Below, piece by piece: positions 54,640-64,000 of a DNA stretch of 64,000 nucleotides. Position 1 is the stretch's first letter; every line of letters starts with the position of its first letter. Origin of the DNA: Trypanosoma brucei (taxonomy: Eukaryota); assembly GCA_000002445.1 (NCBI GenBank), contig CM000208.1, positions 3,264,001 to 3,328,000 of the forward strand. Direction: 5' to 3'. The notes below the pieces were generated by a model. The model saw nothing but the letters and a program-made list of their open reading frames with translations. It was not told where the DNA came from and made no database searches. A program made the translations under genes and the position numbers.

Positions 54640-56463
54640 CTAAGTGTGTTGCCTTATGGGTGATCTATCCGGTTCATCACATCTCTTGTCTAACCGATAT
54701 AGACCAAACCTGCGTCCCCTTGGACTCGGTATGGAGGTGGATTCATCACTGCCGCTGTACTTTGTGAGGGGCTCCGCGGGAGGCACCACAAATCGGGTAG
54801 GCGCGGCAAATGCGCCGCGACACTTCCAGACACTGTCATCGACGGTAAAATGCCTTGGAGGTAACTCGGTTCGTGGGCGCACGGGCGAAAGTGTCAGTGG
54901 CGTGTGAGACGCTATCATGGCGGCCATGGGAGGCGATTCCATCACTCGCCCTGACGTCGACACACGCGTTGGTTCATAAAGTTTTCGCCTGTGCCAAAGA
55001 TGGGCTGCCAGCATCCAAAGTACGCGTCCATAGGAGAGCGTAACGGCACAGTTAACCTGTTGCTCTCGGAAGTGTGCCGAGACTAACACGAATATGACCC
55101 AGTCTACTCGGCTCGCAAACTCCAACACCACAAGCCTACCTGCCTTCAGAGTCTCTGCACATTCTGGATCTATACCACAGCCGCCAACATTAACATGATT
55201 AGGGGAATTTATTAGAAATACGCGATATGGGCGGCTCATTCCCTCAACGAACGCCGAACACGAATGACTAATTAGTAACCGCCGCGCTGCAGAACCGCAC
55301 ACTACACAGCCAACGTTCAGCGAGGTATTGGGGCCTATCACACCATAAGGACACAACAAAACTACCTGGGACATCAAAATGCGGTGAATCACCGGGCCTT
55401 GTCGCGTTTTAGCTCTTGGCAAATACCCACGCCCCTCGGTCCACTCCTGTTCTGTATCTTTCTGACATGGCCGCTGTGATTTCGAATTCCGCGCCCAAGT
55501 TTCAACCGGAGATGTAACTACAGCATCTGCAGATTTTGATGCAATCGACGCCTCTTTCGCCCCGGTTGTTAAGGGAACCAACTCCCACTGATCTGACAAA
55601 AGGTAAAGCATCTTCAACTGGGGGGGTTGGCCCTCCGGTTGAATAATGCTCACGATCAGTCCATGCTTCTCAGCCATTATCACCGCCTGCGTGACAAACG
55701 GTAGTGATAAGCTAGTCGAGCTGCCGCATGTGAGATTGTGGCTTTCACACGATGAAGGAAGCTCAATCGGAGGAGCGGGAATAGGGCACCTCTTTGTACG
55801 GCGAGTGGAGCCCTCCACTTCATCAGGGCTACTCATTGGCGACAAAGATATCTCAGGTATGCTAATGGTAACTTTTGAACGCTCCCCTGATCGGGTGTAA
55901 CGCCGAAGGGTTGGCCCACTGGCCATTAAGGTGGTGACGCCGGGTGAGGTGACTCGGGGAGGGGTCGAAAGGCAACTTCTACCGTTGAAGTGACGAAGCG
56001 AGGGGGAAGAAAATTTGTTGCACGGGGATTTTGCAATGTAGACCCTCTCGGGGGTATTCATCAGCATTTCAGTGTTGGCGAATTCACGTCGGTTTTGGCT
56101 CACCGGTGAACTATACCGACTCCCTAAGTACGGCCCTCCCGTTTCCGCCTCCTCTGAACAGTAACATTGCGGGGCTTTTCTGCGTGGTACCACACCCGCA
56201 CGAAGTTTGGCTGCACGCCTAGTGCTGGTACTGCTACACGGTGCAGGAACGCGCGGAGAGGACTCACCCGGTGGCTCCTGCAACAGTAGTGACGGATATT
56301 TCCTATCCAAGGCCTCGTACACACTGCACCTGTTAGCATAACTAGTGTCGTCACGCTGACGAGACTGTTCAAGTGTTTTATTGATCTCTTCTATAAAGCC
56401 ACCTAGACAACACTTAAAGTGACTCGCAAACTCGTCGTATGGTGAACCCATTCGTGGACGCAT
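54640..56463 (-). CDS. Hypothetical protein, 607 aa; disordered Ser/Pro-rich N-terminal half, globular C-terminal half with a C-x5-R-like motif
   Basis: ATG at 56461-56463. The C-terminal region contains VVCGSAARRLL (Cys followed by Arg at +6). That is reminiscent of rhodanese/CDC25 or DJ-1-type folds, but the assignment is not secure. Confidence 0.45.
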   Translation of the reverse strand: MRPRMGSPYDEFASHFKCCLGGFIEEINKTLEQSRQRDDTSYANRCSVYEALDRKYPSLLLQEPPGESSPRVPAPCSSTSTRRAAKLRAGVVPRRKAPQCYCSEEAETGGPYLGSRYSSPVSQNRREFANTEMLMNTPERVYIAKSPCNKFSSPSLRHFNGRSCLSTPPRVTSPGVTTLMASGPTLRRYTRSGERSKVTISIPEISLSPMSSPDEVEGSTRRTKRCPIPAPPIELPSSCESHNLTCGSSTSLSLPFVTQAVIMAEKHGLIVSIIQPEGQPPQLKMLYLLSDQWELVPLTTGAKEASIASKSADAVVTSPVETWARNSKSQRPCQKDTEQEWTEGRGYLPRAKTRQGPVIHRILMSQVVLLCPYGVIGPNTSLNVGCVVCGSAARRLLISHSCSAFVEGMSRPYRVFLINSPNHVNVGGCGIDPECAETLKAGRLVVLEFASRVDWVIFVLVSAHFREQQVNCAVTLSYGRVLWMLAAHLWHRRKLYEPTRVSTSGRVMESPPMAAMIASHTPLTLSPVRPRTELPPRHFTVDDSVWKCRGAFAAPTRFVVPPAEPLTKYSGSDESTSIPSPRGRRFGLYRLDKRCDEPDRSPIRQHT

Positions 56464-57130
56464 CTATATAAGGATCTAAAAAAAAAATGTATGTATATCT
56501 ACGTATGCAGTTTAAAAAATGTAATGAATATTTCCCACCCACCACACTTCTTGCCTATATATCTTTCCCTTCCCCCAAAATCTCCACGACGGTGAGGTCC
56601 GCAAGACAGTAAATACTTGATGTTTGGGCTTCCCTTCCCCCCACTACCTCTCGGTCTCACAGTTCGTTAGTTAATATTATATTCCTACCCTTCTATAAGC
56701 CCGCCCTTGCTTTTGGGGCGGTGACGACAAAAAAAATATGTGCACCACCCGTCTATTCTTCGATACCGTTTCGTTCCGGTCCTAAACGGGGAAACTCCAA
56801 GGCAGAACCAGCACCAAACGAGGGGAATCAAAAAGAGGGGAAAAGAAAAGTTACGTATATGTACGGAAGGAGAGAAGCACATGCGGCAAATCAGCAAGAA
56901 GAGAAGCACTTCACAATGCAAGAGAGAAAATCGCAAAAGTACACGAGCTGGTAAGACCAAGTTACGGTTCTTAAGTTATAAGTCGTTCCAAGCGCTAGAA
57001 GTGCTCAACCCCCCTCCTCCCAGTTGTGATACGCGACCTTCACAAAGAGGAGCCGCTGTAAGCAAGATCGAGTTTTCAAAAACCCAGAGCGATCACAAAA
57101 ACGCGGTTCTCACGCGACACCAACTTTGCA

Positions 57131-57134
<4 letters not shown>

Positions 57135-57175
<41 letters not shown>
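57135..57175. repeat. (CA)20 microsatellite abutting the stop codon of the nucleotide-sugar-transporter gene
   Basis: The 41-nt cacaca… run is read directly. The NST stop (TAG on the minus strand) is at 57175-57177. Confidence 0.9.
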
Positions 57176-57178
<3 letters not shown>

Positions 57179-58254
57179 TGATGTTCCTCTCCTTTCGAAG
57201 TTTGCCCCGCTGCTGTATGATGCGCATGCGAATCGTACTTGTTGTACAGCACTGCCGACAGAGTTATCAGGGTAGCCCCCACGATAAATAGCAGTGTCAT
57301 GGGCGTTTCCCAGATGAAATATGATGCGATGCCGCTTAATATCACTGCGCCCCCTGTAGCAAATGTTTTGAGAATGTTATCGGCATACTTCATCGCCGCG
57401 GAAACGAGCAACCCACCGAGCGCATTCAAGCAAACAAGCGCAATAGTAAGCCACTGGTCGTATCCCTTCCAGAATCTGAACGGCTCGCGCCCCTGACCCG
57501 CATTGCTCCCATATGAGGGGAGCACGTCAAAAATGAGCATGGCTAATGCAGCGAAAAGAATACCGAACCGAGAAAGCTGGATGTTTCGGGTTGCCAGAGA
57601 TGGTTTCGTTGTTTTGGCAAGCTTCTCGAAATACACTGATGCGTAACTTGAAGATAATGCAGAAATGAGGCACGCCAGTGTCCCAACCACTGGACGCTGA
57701 GTAGCGGTGGTAGCTGTATGTCGCGGATTAGATCCCTGCGCCTGCGTTAACAGAACACCGATTGAAAGCAAAAGCAACGAAAGCCACTGCATGGACGACA
57801 AATGCCGTCCCAACATGTATTTCGACAGTAGTGCGGTAAACGGAAGCTTCGTCTGTGATAACACCTGGAATGCTGATGCCTCCAGGTTGGCAAGACTGAG
57901 AAAGATTAGGTAGTTCTGCGACACGAAGAGGAAAGCGGGTACAAGCAACTCACGTGCCTCTTTGCAGAAGCAAACACCCCACAGCACCGTAAGAAATCCA
58001 CCACCAGAAGGAGTGTTCATGCACGCCGCGTTGGGCAGAGCCGTCGAGCACTTGCCACCCTCCTGTGATAAAAGGAAAAGACACACCACCATTTTCAAAA
58101 TTTCTTGATTCAGCACAAGCGTAGAGGTGTGGTAACGTTTCTCTGGAGGGATGTTAATTCTAGAGTATCGTGTTAGCACCACCAACAAGCTATTTTGCAA
58201 CATTAGTACCACAAGACTGATTGACGCAGCCGAAAGCCATTTAACGGAAGGCAT
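57175..58254 (-). CDS. Nucleotide-sugar transporter (SLC35A / UDP-galactose transporter family), ~359 aa, ~10 TM helices
   Basis: Multi-pass hydrophobic profile with NST-family blocks (…QNSLLVVLTRYSR…, …YQVLSQTKLPFTALLSKYMLGR…, …KYADNILKTFATG…). The ATG is at 58252-58254. The preceding track Met is a GTG. Confidence 0.7.
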
Positions 58255-59075
58255 CACCGGTTTAAAGTTTGCAAGCAGCTTTCACACCTCGAATCCAATT
58301 TTGAAACACGCAACAGGTCTGAAATTCCCTTTCAACAGAAGGAAGAGCGACCGGTACAGTTTCCCCCCCCCCTCCCTTTTGGGTTTCTTGGCGGTGGGGA
58401 GCGACGACTACACCTCTTCCTTTTTGTATTCCTGTGAAACACCGTCCCTTGGTACTACTGTATGCTCGACCACAGCGAGGTAAAGCCACTGAATAAGGTG
58501 GGCGTAAAGATCAAAGACACCTAGTCGAATGCGTCCAACACATAAACACAAACACGAACACATACGCTCGTGGGTACACAAAAATAAAAACACACATGTA
58601 TTGGGTTTAAAGTTCACGCTTTCCCCTCTTCCGCACAGAGTTTGGCGGCCTAACACTGCATCTCAACTATTACGTGCATGCCCTACACGTCCTTCGTGTT
58701 CTTCATAAAACACTCCCTCCTTCCTACCCGTAACATTATAAAGAACGCAAATCCTCACCGTCCTCACAACGGCCAATAACGATCTGCGCAAAAAACAAAA
58801 AGAAAGATACCGTTTTCATTACTTTGAAAATGGCAACCACGACCTGCTGCACTCATCTAAAACATAGCCTTAACTACTTTACCTCTACCTCCGCTGACAA
58901 AAAAAAAAGCTCGGAGTCGCCGCGGTGTCGAAACGTGACACCCCTTGCGCCCCATGGCGCCACGTCGAACGATCTCCGCATCACCACACTAACGTCCTTT
59001 CGTCTCCCCACCATGCCGAACTGTACTAGACTATGCGACTAAAGTAATGATTCACCTTTCCCACTCATAATATCA

Positions 59076-59678
59076 TTACCACTGCTTCTTAATTTCGGGA
59101 GGCACCGGCTTCTTCTCCCAAGGTGTATACTCCCTTTCATATCCATTGCTATTGTCGCTAACAATCTTACGATGATCATTAACACGTTTGTGCAACCACT
59201 CTGAGAGTTCGACTACGTCTGTTGTTGCCTCCCAACCTGGGCGTTCCCGCACTGGCCGCTTGCCCTCGGCGTAGTCCCTCGTTTTCATTCGTGCTTCACA
59301 CCTTTTCTTCTCAGCTATATTCGCTGCCGCTATCCCGCTGACCGAAGTTGTTTGTTTTCGGGCGTGTTCAAGCGACGACTTTACGCCAGCAACAAACGAC
59401 GCTGCGGCCCGGGCGGTTGGACGCGGGACATCTAATTTGTGCGGGGGTGGAGAATCCATAGATATCACTTCCAATGTATGAATATGCGGTTGAAGCAGTT
59501 GCCATTTGGACCCGCTTTTCGTGCCGGTTTTGTGAACCGTGACATAACATTTTCCGGGGCCTGGTGGGGGCGGAGGACGGCGCTCCATCACCCACTGAGG
59601 TTCAAGATGGGCAGCAGCCTTCGAGGTGGGGAACAACTCGCCGCCACCACCACCCAGGCGGAGAAATGTCCTACGCAT
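59076..59678 (-). CDS. Hypothetical protein, ~200 aa (Gly/Pro-rich N-terminus)
   Basis: ORF on the transcribed strand. The first ATG (MRRTFLRLGGG) is ~18 nt inside the track ORF, whose start is a GTG. No domain recognised. Confidence 0.35.
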   Translation of the reverse strand: MRRTFLRLGGGGGELFPTSKAAAHLEPQWVMERRPPPPPGPGKCYVTVHKTGTKSGSKWQLLQPHIHTLEVISMDSPPPHKLDVPRPTARAAASFVAGVKSSLEHARKQTTSVSGIAAANIAEKKRCEARMKTRDYAEGKRPVRERPGWEATTDVVELSEWLHKRVNDHRKIVSDNSNGYEREYTPWEKKPVPPEIKKQW

Positions 59679-59984
59679 ATTGGATGAACTGTGCACACAA
59701 AAATGTAAAATAGTAGAATTTAAAGGTAGGGAAATTAAAAAAAAAAACTCGTTCGCGTGGGGGTATCAACAGTCAGCGCCGTGGAAAGACGTGGAGTTGT
59801 AAGTAAAAGAATTAACGGAAACCATAACGATGACAACGCGAGTGCAACAGTGAGCGAAGAAGTGATAACGTGCAGGGTGGCAGCTAAAACAATTTGGGGA
59901 ATGAAACTCAAATACGCAGCGACAGCTCCACACATACACAAACGTACCAACAGTAAAGGCAATGGAGTAGCCACACTGGGGACG

Positions 59985-60356
59985 TCATCCTTTTCTCATT
60001 GCATGATTGCCCGTTTCGACAGCCTCGTTAAGTGTATGAACGCTTATTTGATCTTCTGTACTCTGAACCTTTATGCGCCGCCTCATGCCGTATTGCCCTT
60101 TCACGTAACTATTATGGGGGAGGGGCGCAGGGACGTTGGGTGTTCGGGAGTAGAGCTCACGCTCAGCCCTCTGCTCCTCCTCATATCGGGCGTCCATCTC
60201 AGCTCGGTAGGAGCGAAGTTTTTTCAATGGCTCGATCCCCTCCTGTAGTTTCGGTGGGGGAGGGCCACCTTGCACAAAGGATCGACTTGCAGCCTCCGTA
60301 ACTGTCGCAGCGTCCGACCGCAACAGACGCAGTGCAGGCGACGAAAAGCACCACAT
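59985..60356 (-). CDS. Small hypothetical protein, ~123 aa (Glu/Arg-rich helical segment)
   Basis: ORF directly upstream of the previous one on the same strand. The first ATG (MWCFSS…) is at 60354-60356. It could be a separate small gene or the decayed 5' part of the neighbouring gene. Confidence 0.25.
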   Translation of the reverse strand: MWCFSSPALRLLRSDAATVTEAASRSFVQGGPPPPKLQEGIEPLKKLRSYRAEMDARYEEEQRAERELYSRTPNVPAPLPHNSYVKGQYGMRRRIKVQSTEDQISVHTLNEAVETGNHAMRKG

Positions 60357-61661
60357 CCACACGCACTTCGTCTCTGACCTTTTAGCAGTGATTGTTACAC
60401 CCTACAGAGCACGGGGAAAAGCGGGAGTTCTGGAACAGTGACTCCATGTGGCCCCAAGTGGGGTAGAGACATGGAACAAAACCATCAAAATCCACATCAC
60501 TCGAAGGTGCAACGAAAGCCACACTCATGAAACCACATTCTTTAACCCCCTTTTCCGCAAACGAAGCCAACGGGAGGGGGGGAAAAAAACAACAGCCAAC
60601 TGCTGCTGCTCTTCCAAACCGGCAGGCACACAAGTATGTATCCTCTGTAATTTGTGGACGTCAGCGGCCTTAATGTACCTTTGATGGTTAATTATTCCCT
60701 TCCACAGCCCCTACCCCCTCCAACGTGGAAGCGTAACAATAGGAAAGGGGGGAAAACCCTACAAACTGCGGAGTGTCTGCACGATGCCACCGCGGCCGCC
60801 AACCCTCCGAATCTTGCGAAGTTAGTTGTTGCGACCGCACTACGAACAGTACAAAACAACAGCACACGAGTACTAAGCGTTGCTGGAAGCACCACGCAGC
60901 CCTGTGCTGGGACCACGAGCGTTCTTACTGGTTAGCATCATAACAACACCTTTTTTGAGTACTCATTTGTGCCTCACTTCGCGTTTGGAGTCCAAAAGAG
61001 CTGTACCCTTTTCCCGTGGGTAGCTCTTCCATACAGCGTAGAATGGAACGTCGTACAGTCAGTTGGGGACACGCGAGGGAAGACCACACGACAATGCCAG
61101 TATTCAACAAACAATGTACACTTGGGTGCATGGCTCCACTACCACCACCACCGGTGCCTCAAACTTTCGACTCATGTGGGCGGCCGCTGACAACTTTCCA
61201 ATTTAAACTGCGTTTGCAAATGGGACATGAGACGGCATTCGACGTGGTGCTGAGAATTCTTTTGTGGCAAACGGTCCCGGTAACGCCGCGGCGCAAATTG
61301 GGCACCGCGGATGTGACGGCTGGAGGTCTCTCCACCCAACAAAAGGCTCAAATCATGTCTGGCGAATAAAAAATAAAAAGAAGAGAACGAGCAACGGCAA
61401 ATTTGTGTGATATTACTTTAAGGGGGAAAAAAACTCACATAGCGAATCAAAACCGCCCTTACAATAACGAAAAGAAGTTGCCAGTCATTTAACATAGACA
61501 AGACACACATTCCACAAGAAAAAGATAGAAATACATGTTTTTTTTCTTTTTAAAGTGTGGGAGGACATCCCAACACCTTTTTCAGGGACTCCCCACGAAA
61601 TTTTCTAAGCAAAACAGAGTTGCTAGAAAAAAAAATTGTACCATGAACCGGAGAGAACTGC

Positions 61662-62660
61662 TCAAACAGTATCATTGTCGTTTGGCGATCCGCTACGGCG
61701 GCGGGGCGGCTCCAGACGGCGGGGCACTAGATAGCCTTCACCACTTCTCACACGGAAGAAAATATTAACAGAGAAGGCACCGATGACCAGACCGATGACG
61801 CTTCCACCCAAAATATCGGAAAAATGATGACGATTGTCACGGGTCCTTGAGGCCGCAACACATATCGCAAGATAAATTGGAAACATGCTTAGGATGATAC
61901 GCCACACGGGGCCGCTGTTAAAAGCACGTGATAAACCAAGGAAATACATTGTCAGTGGCGTAAATGCAGCAAATGCGCAGCTGCTGTGACCTGAAGGAAA
62001 TGACAGACGGCCTTCTCTGGCGAGGCTGCACGCATTTGACGGCGGCGATGTCGCATTAAAGCCCTCACGCCTCAACCGATCAAGGAAATCGGGACGAAGT
62101 CTTCCAGCGTAAATTTTAAGTACATCGACAATACCAAGCGAAAAGAAAAAGGCGAAAACCACTGAAAGAATCCACAGGTTAATCACCTGATCGACAATAA
62201 ACTTTCGCTGCACCTTCCTCTCAAAGGAAGGAGCTGGTGGTAGATTTTCCAAGCCATTGCGTTCCCTCACAGAAGCGCCGCCTCTGTTGGCGGCTCTCTC
62301 TTCCGACAAAACGTTCGTAGAAGACGTGATGGAATTAGATGATGGTTCAGGCAATTGCTCGTCCATATACCACTCCCCTACCGGGGAGTAACGCTCACGC
62401 ATTTTCTCGATTATAAAGATAAATAAACATGATACAAGAGCCATAACTACGAGACTCCAGTCAGGGAAAGTCTCCTTCTCGGCAAATGAGTTGTTGATAC
62501 TCAGATCGTCCCACGAGAATGTGCGGCAGTATGGGCGGATCAGTCTCCCGAGGAGAAATCCAGTTGCACCGAAACAGAAAGCGACAAGGTAATCCAACAA
62601 CCGAAGCACTTTCGCATAGTACAAGTAAACGGCAAAAGAGGAACGACCTCCAGTGGCCAT
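61662..62660 (-). CDS. PAP2-superfamily lipid phosphate phosphatase, 332 aa, six TM helices
   Basis: ATG at 62658-62660. All three PAP2 motifs are present in order: KIYAGRLRPDF (K-x6-RP), SFPSGHSS (PSGH), SRTRDNRHHFSDILGGSVIG (SR-x5-H-x3-D). Confidence 0.75.
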   Translation of the reverse strand: MATGGRSSFAVYLYYAKVLRLLDYLVAFCFGATGFLLGRLIRPYCRTFSWDDLSINNSFAEKETFPDWSLVVMALVSCLFIFIIEKMRERYSPVGEWYMDEQLPEPSSNSITSSTNVLSEERAANRGGASVRERNGLENLPPAPSFERKVQRKFIVDQVINLWILSVVFAFFFSLGIVDVLKIYAGRLRPDFLDRLRREGFNATSPPSNACSLAREGRLSFPSGHSSCAFAAFTPLTMYFLGLSRAFNSGPVWRIILSMFPIYLAICVAASRTRDNRHHFSDILGGSVIGLVIGAFSVNIFFRVRSGEGYLVPRRLEPPRRRSGSPNDNDTV

Positions 62661-63100
62661 TTTCGCACTTCTTGAAATGATTAATTACTCCCAAGAACTA
62701 CGACTTGTATCAAACACGGGGGAAAGCAAGATGTAGAGAGCACTAAAGGAAGACAACAAACTCGGAAAGAAAACACCAGGCCAGAAAATAGGCGGTCTTT
62801 CACTACCACCAAACAGCAAACATCACACAACCATACCGTCTGCAAATGCATTATTATGAAACTCAGTGCGCTGCGCCACATTGGCACGGTAACAAGAGGC
62901 ACACGGCACAAAAAAAGACCATACCACACAACTGCCACCCACAATAACATCTACAAGCCGACAACACGGGGCTCAGCTTTAACGATACTGACAAGTGCAC
63001 TCCGGTAAGTGTAGTGATATTTTTCAAGAAGCATAACATAAGCCTCACTTCTACACCACCGATAACGCGTGCAAATAAGCCTGGCGGTGAAACTCCAACG

Positions 63101-63840
63101 CAAGTACGAGCAAGCACAACAAACACCTGGTGGCACAATAAGGAATATCACAGGGAAGAAACTAGAAGAAAGGAGGATAGGCGGTGTGTACACAAGGCAC
63201 CGACATACTCGCCTCGCCTCTTGGAAAGCCACCACCCACAACGCACCACCAAAAAGGCATGCCGTGGCTACGGGCCTCCTCAGAAATAGAAGGTAACACT
63301 GAAGAAACAGCAATGGGGGAAATTACTGCAGGTACGTGTCAGTCAAATACAGCACTCTCGCTGAAAGCGTTGGTATCAATCAGCACTAAATTGTCACTCA
63401 GTCGCGCACTACAACTTCTGTCCTCATACACAGCCATGCAGCAGAACATCTCCGCCACATGTATCACCCCACAATGCATGCAAAGCACGGTGTGGGGCGG
63501 TTGTATGGGCGTCGATACAGCAACAGTGAATAAAGATGCAGTGTAAACACACATGGCAGGAAGGAGTTAGGGACGGTAAATGCCGGTACAATCAACACCG
63601 CTGCTCAACATTTGTACACATTCAAGAGTCCTCATTGGGTGTGTCGGTCCGCCTGTCGTTAGACAGTTTCTCATCGTCGCAGCGGTGTCGTGCCCATAAC
63701 ATGTCACATTTCGCATAGTCCAATGATCCAAGAGTCAAAAGAGAAGGGGAAAAAGAGTAACGAGGGGAAGAAGGGAGGAATCAGATAGATTGGTAAACGC
63801 AAAGTTGGTTTCTCGCTCATGATGGGTCGTCAGTGCGCAT
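63101..63840. repeat. Copy 2 of the ~740-bp dispersed direct repeat (pairs with 9283-10020)
   Basis: Collinear and ~99% identical to copy 1. The differences I can see are g/a at the aggatagRcgg position, caagtac/caaatac, ctaagtt/ctaaatt, ccaccac/ccgccac, catagca/catggca, ttggatg/ttgggtg and one G in the gaaggg(g)aaaaa run. Confidence 0.85.
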
Positions 63841-64000
63841 TACGACCGTTCTTTCCACTGCATGCTTGAAAAAGGAAAGATCTTCAAGCTCATTTTGTAA
63901 TTTCAGTGCGGCCGCTGGGATGAACACTATCCTTGGTGGTGTCTCCCCTTTTGCGGTGTGGCAATTCCGTATACAGAGCAATGGACGACGAATCTCGACG

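Noticed and set aside
1-64000. Prokaryote-style features (CRISPR arrays, operons, defence islands, integrases, phage genes)
   Set aside because: Gene content (GSK3, PP5, GPI8, exportin, TTLL, G3BP-like), unidirectional intronless gene arrays and microsatellite-rich spacers indicate a kinetoplastid nuclear chromosome. I saw no repeat-spacer arrays or prokaryotic mobile-element genes.

Overview
This window is eukaryotic rather than prokaryotic. It looks like a kinetoplastid (Trypanosoma brucei-like) chromosome-internal segment. Every credible protein-coding ORF (~28) lies on the minus strand, consistent with a single polycistronic transcription unit read right-to-left and with no strand-switch region inside the window. 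Genes are intronless and separated by 0.5-3.6 kb low-complexity spacers rich in (TA)n, (CA)n and (GTT)n microsatellites and in polypyrimidine tracts.

Recognisable products are:
- a CNNM/CBS-domain transporter
- Ser/Thr phosphatase PP5 (TPR + PPP)
- a class-3 lipase
- an Aha1-type Hsp90 co-chaperone
- a single-RRM glutamine/proline-rich RNA-binding protein
- an RLP7/uL30-family protein
- an extended-synaptotagmin-like SMP+C2 protein
- GSK3 (short form)
- a G3BP-like NTF2+RRM protein
- a J-domain protein
- ATP12 (F1-ATPase assembly factor)
- the GPI transamidase GPI8
- a tubulin-tyrosine-ligase-like enzyme
- an exportin-7-like karyopherin
- a nucleotide-sugar transporter
- a PAP2 lipid phosphatase
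- several hypothetical proteins

Finding PP5, GSK3-short and GPI8 together is what I would expect from the T. brucei chromosome 10 neighbourhood. That is recollection, not a database hit.

The most unusual structural feature is a ~740-bp direct repeat, ~99% identical, present at 9283-10020 and 63101-63840 and bracketing ~54 kb. There is also a frameshifted relic of a second PAP2 gene at 13761-14107, far from the intact PAP2 at 61662-62660. No CRISPR, operon-type or prokaryotic mobile-element features were seen.

The supplied ORF track often begins ORFs at TTG/GTG/CTG codons. I trimmed CDS starts to the first in-frame ATG. All coordinates carry about ±3 nt uncertainty from hand counting.
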